A stretch of 64,000 nucleotides of DNA, taken from Cycas panzhihuaensis. Its lineage: Eukaryota; Plantae; Cycadophyta. The stretch lies in contig CM041465.1 in assembly GCA_023213395.1 (NCBI GenBank), positions 210,869,741 through 210,933,740 on the forward strand, in the 5' to 3' direction. Below are positions 27,074 through 38,098 of this stretch, piece by piece. The notes beneath the pieces are model-generated. The model did no database searches. It had not been told where the DNA came from and worked only from the letters and a program-made list of their open reading frames with translations. A program made the translations under genes and the position numbers. Each line of letters begins with the position of its first letter. The stretch's first letter is position 1.

Positions 27074-29384
27074 AGAAGCCTCCTACTGATAACAATTCTC
27101 TTTGATTAGTGCCCTAACACTAGATTCTCCATATCATTAAGGAGCTCCAAAATCCCTTCCTTACTACATTAGACAACAATCTGTAGGCATAATGCATCAA
27201 AGGCATGATGGGAGAAGGTAGAACACTGGTTGCAGCATAAGCCAGAAATCCACACATCCAAGAAGAATGTTTCCTCTTCATCTCTCCCTACCAGGGATAG
27301 TTGTCAAACTCAACACTCTAGTTATTCAGACCCAAAAGTAGGAGAAAAAATGTTATCATGCTCACCAACAAATACAAAAATGGGTGAAACACCCAAAATA
27401 ATAGATCTCAGAGATGCAAACATTCCAAAAGGAAAATCACAAACTCCATCTCAAAGTTGCAAAGAAAGAAAAGGTATTGATAAGAAAAAATAGAATTATT
27501 CTCAATGTTAAGGAAGCTAGAATGCATGAAATTCAATGAGTAGTTAAAGATTATGAGAAGCACTTCACGAAAGCTTAAGGAAAACTCACATATTACAAGC
27601 CTAGCTAGAAGAGAAGTAGGTTATAATTCTCAAATTTCAAGAGTTGATGAAAAATTGCAAAAAGCATTAGAGCAACATCAATTTTTTATAAAATTTTTCC
27701 ATACATAGGGAGCGAGAACACTAATCAAATTTGTTTACCCCACATAAATGTGTACTCAATTTTGAGCACCCCTCTTCAGTCTACTATTATTTTTATGTGA
27801 ATGTTCAAGGAATAAGTTAGTCGTAACAAACATGCCATATGATTAGTTGACCTACAAAGTGGTAGGTCAACCACTATGGCCATCCTACTAAATAGGAACA
27901 TGTGGAAGTTGGAGCAAGCATCCAGCCATATCCTATTGTTGTGATTAACCACAAATGTTTATTTAGTAAATGTAATGAATTGTTATGTAAAGATATGTAT
28001 AAAGTGTCACACTACTATGAAAAATGGCTCTTGGTTATGATCGAAAGTGTAGACTCACATCGATAAAAATGTGAGAGCCAAGTACTAGATTCTAATGTAG
28101 CATAGAGAGGAGCATTGTACTGTATTGCATGTTTATTCATAAATGAAATGATGAGGATTACAAGATTTATCTATGTGCTATGGAATGTTGTTATGTTGAC
28201 TATTTTATGTTATATGTCATGATTGTATGGGCATTGACTTATAGGTAGCATTGACGATGGGACATTTCACAGGCCTTGTGAGTTATGTTTACAGTATGCA
28301 TATCTCATGAGGAGAACCAACTTGTAATGAGCATGATTACTTTCTCATCCAAGTGACGTTAAATATAATGTATGTACTTTATTTGTTTTGGGAAGTTGAG
28401 TTATGAATAGGGAAAAATCATTGCAATGAAGTAGGTTGAATTAGTTGCGAGCAACTCATCAATCATCTTTTTCATCAATAGGAATTACCAACTATTGCAT
28501 GCACCAATTCACAAGTTGATGGGATCGGTCGAGTGGTCCCAGTTGGCACTTAAAGTTCAAAAAGCGACTTTGATTTAGGAATAATTAATTTTAGCTATAA
28601 TGAGTAGGTGCATATTAATTTTCTTAAAACTAAACTTCAGTTTTTGTAATCAATAAACACCTTGCAGCTTCTTGTAACTACCTTATGATAGAATCTAGCA
28701 TCTTAAAAGAGGAAGGGGTGCTTCCATTGTATGTTACATTCATTCAGAGTTAAATAGAGGAGTAATTCTTTGACTTTCCTTCCAAGTTCCCTTCCTTGTG
28801 TCTACATGCTCATCTATGTTTGCAACAAGTCCAAGCCTTTAGTGAACTCCAGCAATCAAAAGAAGGAACTCAAACCTACAAAATTTTAATTCTCCATTTA
28901 GGTTCATACAATAGATCTTCTATGCATTAGAATGTCATTTATAGTTGAGGATCAGCCAGGGGAATGCTATCCACACAAGAACAATTGCAAGAACACTACT
29001 TGTAGAGGTACATAGACGAAACAATAAAGGAATGGCATGTGCAAAGGAATGCCAATGGAAAAACATGCGCAAAGGAATGCCAATGGAAAAAACTGTGCAA
29101 AGGAATGCTAGAAAAATAATTATTGGAATGGCATCCAGAATGCCTAAACATCGGGTACAAAATTTTTGTCCTCTCTCATATTGCTTTGTGATATTTCTGT
29201 GATGTACTCTGTTATCCACATGTCGTTTTTAGAACACCACCTCCTCCCTTGCGACATATCAACTAGAACACAAACTATATATGATTAATCATGCACAATC
29301 CCCTTTAAGCTACAATGCATTTGTAATAGGTCTCCATAATTTAAACGACGACTAGCCTATCATCAAAGGTGACCATTTATGTAG

Positions 29385-30160
29385 CTTGCTATAGCCTTTT
29401 AACATACTATATCCATACCACATACTTGGATACCTGCATATGGGTAACATACAACTTAGATGCATATCCCAATTGTATTCTCGGATATGGCCTATATCTG
29501 GGGCCATATCCAGGCTTGCACAATGTCATACCCGAAATATTATGAGGTATCCCAAAATACTCTAGGTAGATACAATCCCCAATGACTCATTTTTTTATTG
29601 TTATTTTTTGGTGTGTTTTAAAAAAATAATAAAACATGTAAAAAATACTATAAATAAATAAATAAATAAAAAGTGCACACAATAGGTTGTTGTAGAAGCT
29701 ACTATGGGCTATTGTTTTTTACTTCAGATGCAGGCCATGATTCTTAAACGACTTATGCTTCTACTTCTCGTGACTCTTAAAGGGCTTCTACTTCTACTTC
29801 ATGATACTTAAAAGGCTTCTGCTTCTACTTCTCATGATCCTGCATTGGATTTATGGTGATATGTATGGCCTTGGCAAAAATGTTGAGTTTAATGAAGAGA
29901 CATAAATCAAATCATGAGAATTTTATTGTGACTTTCAAATTTTGTAAATTATGTTTTTACTTTTGTTCAACTTTGTGATGTATGAACATTGGGTATCAAA
30001 ATTTTACTTCAAATTTGTTGTAGTTTGTTTTTGATGTATCATCTATATATTTATAATTTTATGTATGCGTTTTTTCAAACTCTAATTTGCCCATATCTTG
30101 GCATCCTAAATCTTTTAGAATTACCATATTCATATCTACTATTGCTCCTGTGTTTCTAGC
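29385..30160. mobile_element. Possible decayed non-autonomous hAT-like element
   Basis: Clustered TATCC/GGATA subterminal motifs at both ends, ending ...GTGTTTCTAG; internal 3x about 30-bp repeat CTTCTACTTCTCRTGA (29750-29840); TIR and TSD not resolved. Confidence 0.3.
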
Positions 30161-33100
30161 CAATTAGGTAACAACGCATAGTAAGGAAGTAATGAAGTAC
30201 CTAATTGATTAGTTTATGTTATATTATTATTGAATTAATTAGGGTAAAATTGCATCGAATGAAATTTACATTGATGATGTTGAAAATGAAATTTTAAAAG
30301 AAATAATCTGGGGTGTTTGATGGAGCAAGAGTAAGGTCAATCCCTTCGATTAGACAGATAGAAAAATTAATGATGAATGTTCATTAATTCTCAAATATCT
30401 CATTGTATTATATATTTGTAATGTTTTGTAAATTGATTTATTAGAGGGTATTGTTGTCAAGAATGGGTTAAGTCGTAACTTTATGTTATGAGCCTATGTA
30501 TGTGGGGGCATTTTTGCTTACAACATTAGATTAATATAGATTTGATTTAATCATGCAAGGTACCAATTGTCACCTTGCATGATCTTCCATTTATTATTCC
30601 ACAAGCCTCTTGTAACCATTGCTTTTGTTGTACATGCGAGACTTTGTATGTACAAGAATATTGTAATGTATCTTGAAGTGACTAATGCAAGTGAGCTCAT
30701 ATTAGAGCTTTTGATCAATTCATCATCTCCTTGTTTATTGAATGTTTTAATGTGCATGTGTGAATGGGATTGGAACCTGGGTCTAAACTAGGACTGATCA
30801 TCCCTCCTTTCACTTGGTATCAGAACAGTTTTAGAGCCATCTTTCAAAGCTATCTTTAACAACTTTCTTTCTGAACTAGGTTTCCATTAGGAGAGGCTAA
30901 TTTCCATGTTGTAAACTACCCTATAACCCCAATGGGTTCCTTTTAAACATAATTTTGAAAGCCCTTATGCTATGCAAAAATTCCTTGGTTAAATCTCTAC
31001 ATACCCATAGAAAAAGCTTTTGCATGTAGCAATCCGATCACGGGCTTAAGTTTCTTATAGGCAATTTGCATCATAGTCTGTGAAATTTGCGACTGAGTTG
31101 GTGCGATGGAGAGTTTTACGACGACATGTCCTATTATATTCTTTAACGAAGAATAAATAGTGTGACAGATGACGCTCCTCCTCACTATGGGTCATCTGCA
31201 TGACATCCTTCTATACACTCCTCTCCACCAATAACCATGCCACACTGAACTAAGATCTATAAGCTCCATGTGATAGTGCATTCCCAAGAGACGCCTACAA
31301 AAAAGACATAGACGTATTTCTTTTTTGGATCTACGCAATGCCTGTGTTAGAATATAATATTTAATGTTGTGTGAGTCTTAGGGTCAATAGTCTCAAGTAT
31401 TAGAGGGTAAGAGTCATTTGTCATTATAACATTATTGGTGAAATTAGTAGTGTAATGTCATAAGTTAGAGTAAAGGTAATAGTCCCACATGCATTAGATC
31501 TATAGTGTGATCTCCCACCCACTTAGTATATAAAAGTGGTTGTGGTGGTATATGAAACACAAGTTATCATGGAGACTCATATAGAGTCCTTGGTATAGTT
31601 TGTGTTCTAATGTAATCTGTTGATGTTAAGTTAATTCATTGTGGTCCTTGTCCATTGATATCATTGGGTGTTGTTTGATGAATGCTTTCCATGTTATTCT
31701 TTACATGGTATTAGAGTGCTTGCTAAGGCTCTTGTGTGCAGATAAGGAAGGAAGGTGACTCCATTAGGGTGGCTGACAGATTGAAGATTTGAGAGGTAAT
31801 GAAAAAAGAAAACCCAGGTCATCATTGGTTTGTTGAAGTGACTGGTAAAGCTTGGAGTAAGTTACCAAACCCATCATGTATTGGTTCTGAAAATTCTAGG
31901 CATAATTCTGTGTATGCAAAAGAGAAGGAAGAGATCTTCTTTATCAGCGTTATTGAAGTTATGAATTAGTGTCCAGAACTTTGCTAGCCATAGATAAAGA
32001 AAAGCATGCTGACTGTTGTGGATTGAAGGAAGATTGATAGACTGCCATCTGTGGTAAGGTTGCACATGGTCGATTCGACCCGGTCTTGTGTGGAGGAACG
32101 GGAATCGAACCTTTGCTATTTCAACCTGTATATGAAGCTAGGCCATCAACTTGTGAAGGTGCTGCATAGGATTTAATTTACATTGCAGGAACAATAGAAT
32201 GGGCTCTTATTATTGCTGTAGTTAGCTTGATGTCATGAATGGTTTTGGTGGGCATTGCTGCCACTTTGAAGGCAAAATAATTGTCATTTTGGGCTTGAGT
32301 ATCATTCTCCCAAATATTAAGCCTTGAACTGAATCACAGGCTACTTGCATGTTGGAAGACCACATTACTTCCATTCACCATCAATCCAAGGAGTACTTCC
32401 ATTTAACTTTCCAAGGTGCAGCTTGAAGAATTGTTATGCCCCATGTCCTTTGAGCATTGTGAATCAATTTTAGGGAAGAGATCAGAAGGTTGTCTGCTGT
32501 TAATTGCCTTGAGAATGCAGTGAGAATTGACATTCTGTTCCACTTGAGGACTGCCAATCAAATTCAGGAAATAGACAGTTCGATCCATGGATTAAAATTT
32601 GGATAATGACCAGCGTATTAGTGATCACTTACTTTCTACTTGCCCTACATTCCTCTTAAATGTTTTTTGTTTTTTTGCGTACAGCTGGATCCATGTATTA
32701 AGGCTAGATAATAGCCTGGCAGATGTTTCATGAGTTACAGAAAACACCACCTGGGGATATTATTGTGCCAAGATTGCTGGTGCTGCTATTGCCATTTAAG
32801 ATGACTAAATGCTGTGTCCAAGTAAAAGGAGCTGTGGAAGATGTGAAGAACAGCAAAATCAATTTTTGTGGGGTCCAGTTCACAGATTGTGATATTTGTT
32901 ACAGAGATGAGTATGAATGGAATATGTTTTGAATGACTATAGATAACCATGTTTGGAGTTGATTCTTGGTGCAAGTTCAAATTGAACATAGAATGAGTCT
33001 GTGATTGGTCATGTTGGTTAGCTCTGCATATTGTAGTGGTCCTATTAAGAAGGCCACCATCGCATACAGGATCTATTGAAGTGATAAAGAGGAGACTCAT

Positions 33101-33295
33101 GTTTCTGAAGCATCCACTTTGTGGAAATGATCTGTGCCCAATATGTCATATACAGTTGATGTTCCACAGTAGTAAATAAATGTGATAATCTGATCTGGAC
33201 TGTCTGTATTCTGGCTGCCGAGAAAATACTACTTGTATCAATCTACAGTTTGTATGGATGACCAACCAATCAACCAACACAGAACAATTGCTATT

Positions 33296-33740
33296 TTACA
33301 AAGCTCCTGCTTTATTGGATGTTGCTCTACTCTTTGATTTGGCTAAGTCAACCAAATCTCCAAATAGCTTATCTTTAGCATTAACTTGCTTACTGGAAAC
33401 TAAAGATTGCTGCAAATATGGATGTGTCATTTGATATGGAGTGATGTACCTTCCATCATGAAGTGAAAGGTTTTGTGCCCTTCTCATCAATTCATCATAT
33501 GTAGCAGAAGAATGCCCAGGTCTAAACTGGCCAGGAGTCAAAGATCATTGCTGGTGAAAGAATTGCCACCCTGCAGTAGCATTGCTTTCATATAACACAA
33601 ATCCCTGTGTATTGTTTTCAATCTGTGGGGAACTTTGCAAAGCTTGAACATCCCAAGGAGCAGGCAGAAGACTATCAGTGCTTTTCTGAGTCTGTGCTTG
33701 CAAGCTGTGTGATTCTGGACCATATATGAGGGCCTGTTGT
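33296..33740 (-). pseudogene. Captured, frameshifted C-terminal fragment of a TOM1-like (TOL) protein gene
   Basis: DSLLPAPWDVQ and ..RAQNLSL..KDKLFGDLVDLAKSK..NKAGAL* match, from my recall, the plant TOL C-terminus (LPPxPW, EDKLFGDLVD..K..RAGxM*). Confidence 0.75.
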
Positions 33741-33835
33741 TGTGGTTGTAGCTGCATCATCATCCACTGTTGTTGTTGGGGATCAACGGAGGGCGTGGCA
33801 ACCGGTGGAGGAGAAGGAACGACACTGAGCTGCAT
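33741..33835 (-). pseudogene. Captured Q/P-rich N-terminal fragment, resembling RBP45/RBP47 RNA-binding proteins
   Basis: MQLSVVPSPPPVATPSVDPQQQQWMMMQLQPQQQ; the QQQWMM motif recalls RBP45/47 N-termini; low complexity. Confidence 0.4.
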
Positions 33836-34400
33836 CTTGAAAGGCTAGGGCCAACTGATTCTCAGCCCCAAAAAGCATCAACTCAACTGTTGGTATTGCT
33901 GTCAACATCTCAGTACAGCAGCCCGCACCCTATTCCGGTGAAATCTGAGTCTATAGAAGTACATGGGAGGTATTCCAGAATTCTGAATTGAAGGCAGGAT
34001 TGTCTGAGTGTTGTTTGAAGACTGTTGTCTGAAGAGTGTTGCTTGCTTATTCATTGTGAGTACTGCTGTTTGAAGACTGTTGTTTACTTGTTCACTGCTA
34101 GTTGAGCACAGTATCACTGAGTCCACAAATGGACAGTGGTGACACCAAGGACAACCTCCATTTTCGATGATCAACTCCTTTCTATGGGTTTGCTGAAAGC
34201 AAGGATCATATTCTGACTGATATGTTTGTTTTTATTTTGTGCATAGGAATTGTGAAAAATTAGTGCTAGGGCAAAATAGTGTGGATTGCTCTCAGGTATC
34301 TATTTTTAAAATAGTTAGCAGCATTGGGATCACAGAGTATTTGTTGTTGATCTACTTCTGGTCTAAGCAAAGTAGTTGCACTTAAATCAGTCTTTTCCTC

Positions 34401-35756
34401 ATGGAGCTAAGTGACTTTATCACTTTTGTGCCTGAAAGAAATGAATACTGGCTATCAGATCTCCCCTTTCCTTTGCCCAAATATATTGGAACTAATTTTT
34501 GTTTTTGGAAATTTAAGATGGAGAGCTTATTTGTATTGAAGAAACTTTGGAAAACAGTCAGGGGTACTGAAATGGCTCACAAAGAAGGGGAGAAAATTTT
34601 CAAAAGAAAAAATAGAATTGTTATTGACGTAATACTTGCAGCCCTTGATAAGGATAACCTTCATTCTTCCTATCACTTCATTATCCAGGTTTTGCAAAAT
34701 ACCAACTCAGCTGAGGACGCCTGGAAACTACTGACAGAAGTGCATGAAAAAGGACCTGAAGAAGTGTAGCGGAGTATCAAAATGGAAAAGAATCAAAGGA
34801 ATAAGTTGAAAAGGAAAGGTAAAAGACAAACTGATTTTGGTAAGGCCAATCCACCTGAAGATTTAACAAATGAAAAGTTGAAATCTAATGAAGACAATGA
34901 AGATGTGAATCTGTCAAATAACATGAACCTCACCAAGATTGCAGGAAAGCCCACATTTGGGAATGATAGTAGAGTGGAACTTGAAAAACTTGAGCCTCAA
35001 TTTCTGCAGGTAATACTTAATGAAGGCACAAGTCACTTAACAAAAAGCATGGGCAATATCATCCTGGTTTGTACTGGCAGATATGTAGCCAGGATTCAAA
35101 TGATGACAGGATACACATTAATATGCACTTATTGGAGACTATGCATTATTGTCCTCAATTCAACCATATCTTCTGTGTTTATCTTTGAGAGAATTCAAAT
35201 TATGGCAGCATACCCTACAAGGACATTAGAAAGAAGGAACATGAGAAGAATATCTTATAATCAAAATCTTGTGCATCAAGATTGCTACATGTTTTGAGTA
35301 GGATACTTGGTCTTGAAGCTCAACCATATCAAGGTAATGTTTCACATTTGTGTAGCAGTAATAGGGAAATATGTGCATATGACCATAATAAAGACTCTCA
35401 TCACTTCTGGAACTACAAATTTCCTGGATAACATGAAAGGAACAAAGTATCTTGTTCAAGGAAAATTTGGAAATGAATCATTATTGCTTATTTCATTTCA
35501 AGGAAGTGATCAATGGATTGAGAAATCAATCAGCTCAACAGACTTGGAAATAGATAAAGAGAAGTCAATCTATTTCATACTTATTCCAGGACGACCACAC
35601 CTTCACCAAGAGTACACAGGAAGATCCATCAAACAAGAATCAGGAGGCAATATAGCAAACAGAGCATACATGTTTTGCAGTATATTGGATGATGATGAAG
35701 TTCAAGACATCATCTTCAGAAAAATTCCAAAGCTCAGGACATGGAAGTTCAAATAA
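34401..35756 (+). pseudogene. Copia-type gag (DUF4219-like N-terminus) plus unknown extension of element L
   Basis: LPKYIGTNFCFWKFKMESLFVLKKLWKTV..TNSAEDAWKLL; later ORF pieces (34782-35297, 35307-35756) have no pol motifs. Confidence 0.7.
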
Positions 35757-38098
35757 CTTTTTAGAGTCAAAGTTCTATGTCAGTTTTGTCATGTTGTCTT
35801 TAGTTTCAAGCTAAGTCCTATGTTAATATGTGTCAATCATGTCAAATTGTCCTTAGTCCAAACATTAAACATTAAGGGGAGGTGTTAGAATATAATATTT
35901 AATGTTGTGTGAGTCTTAGGGTCAATAGTCTCAAGTATTAGAGGGTAAGAGTCATTTGTCATTATAACATTATTGGTGAAATTAGTAGTGTAATGTCATT
36001 AGTTAGAGTAAAGGTAATAGTCCCACATGCATTAGATCTATAGTGTGATCTCCCACCCATTTAGTATATAAAAGTGGTTGTGGTGGTATATGAAACACAA
36101 GTTATCATGGAGACTCATATAGAGTCCCTGGTATAGTTCGTGTTCTAATGTAATCTGTTGATGTTAAGTTAATTCATTGTGGTCCTTGTCCATTGATATC
36201 GTTGGGTGTTGATTGATAAATGCTTTCCATGTTATTCTTTACAATCCCATGCCTTCGTTGCGTGATTGAAAGAACTGCATCATTAGATCCTTTACACTCC
36301 TCTTCATGGTTGCTTTATAGTCTTTATGCCAAGCTTCACAAGGATTTGTTCGCCTTTGTCACGACTTACTTATCGTGGATTACTACATCCTTGCAAAACC
36401 TCTATTGATATTATGCTTCTTTCACAGCATTTCTATGTGAATACGCAAGTCAAGATGCAGACTATTAATCTGACGACACATTTGCATCAATAACCAACAT
36501 GACCACTATCAAGCTTATTTTGGCACTTGCAGCTCAATTTAATTGGCCCGTTTATCAAATGGATGTAAAAAGTGCCTTATTGAATGGTGATTTGCAAGAG
36601 GAAATATATTTAAATCAACCTATGGCTTTGTTGTTCGAGGAAAAGAACACCTAGTCTATAATCTGTAAAGGCTTTGTATGGCTTTAAGCAATCACCTTGC
36701 GCCTAGTACGCAAAAATTGATGAATATTTTCAAAAGCATGGGCTAATATGCTCATCTTTAGATCCAAATCTATATATCAAAATCTATTATGGTTTGATCA
36801 CTCTGATTGTACTTTACATTGATGATTTGTTGATAACTAATAATGACATAGAGTGGATTATATATCTCCAAGGAGAACTGAACAACAACTTTTAGATGAC
36901 TGACCTCAAGTTGCTTTATTACTTTCTTGGCATGAAAGCCTAGCAGAAGCCAGGCCATATCTTCCTCTCATAGTCTAAATATACAAAAGAGATCCTTCAA
37001 ATTTTCAAAATTGAAGAATGCAAGCCATCGCCATCTCCTATGGAGACAAGATTAAAATTGGACATTGATAAGCATGGAAAACTTGTGGATCCTATATTGT
37101 ATAGGCAACTTGTGGGGAAATTAATTTACTTCAGTCACACTCAACCTGATATTGCATATGTTGTTGGGATCTACTCAAGGTTCATAACATAGCCCAAGAC
37201 TTTACATTAAAAAGCAGCAATGAGGATCCTGAGATATTCTCCAGTTTGGGCTTGATTACTATCATGTGGATAATCCTTTATTGATAGGTTATACAGATGC
37301 AAATTGGGTTGGATGCAAAGATAGTTGTAGATCAACCTCATGCTACAACTTTAACTTGGGTTCTGCTTTAGTTTCATGGTGTTTCAAAAAGTAGCTTAAT
37401 ATCACTCTATCTTCAATTGAAGCTGAGTATAAAGCTGCCATTAGTGCAGTCGATGAGGCTATCTGGCTTAGAAGGATTCTTGAAGAGCTTGGAATCAGTC
37501 AAATACAAGCTACATTACTGTTTTGTGATAATCATAGTGCTCTTAAATTGACCATGAATCATGTGTTCCATGCTAGGACAAAACACATTGAGGTGCTCCA
37601 TTACTTCATCAGGGAGCATGTATAAAATGGTGTAATAGATTTGGTCTACAAGCCAACCAATGATCAAATAGCAAATATCTTCACAAAGGCACTCTCTTAT
37701 GACAAATTTGAAAGGTTTTGGCTTGGCCTTGGTGTCATAATTAATGAACTTGTCATTAAAAGAGGGTGATAGAAGAATTAATGATGAATGTTCATTAATT
37801 CTCAATTATCTCATTGTATTATATACTTGTAATGTTTTGTAAATTGATTTATGTAGAAGATATTGTTGTCATGAATGGGTTAAGTCATAACTTGATGTTG
37901 TGAGCCTATGTATGTGGGGGCATCTTTACTCACAACATTAGATTAATATAGATTTGATTTAATCATGCAAAGTGTCGACTGTCACCTTACATGATCTATT
38001 TATTATTCCACAAGCCTCTTGTAATTGTTGTTTTTGTTGTACATGCGAGGCTTTGTATGTATAAAAATATTGTAATGTATCTTGAAGTGATTAATACA

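Larger units (their letters stand above)
31345..36243 (+). mobile_element. Non-autonomous gag-only (TR-GAG-like) LTR element L carrying host gene fragments
   Basis: 361-bp LTRs at 31345-31705 and 35883-36243 (7 differences), PBS TGGTATTAGAGT, PPT AAGGGGAGG, copia-type gag N-terminus, no PR/INT/RT/RH motifs. Confidence 0.9.

Noticed and set aside
27700-28900. Probable additional LTR remnants
   Set aside because: No termini, PBS, PPT or partner copy could be fixed with confidence
28930-29220. Overlapping 85-94 aa ORFs
   Set aside because: GGAATGC-type LTR repeats like those at 310-480; not a host exon
32090-32112. tRNA T-arm/B-box-like GGTTCGATTCCCG on the minus strand
   Set aside because: No D-arm, anticodon arm or acceptor stem could be folded around it
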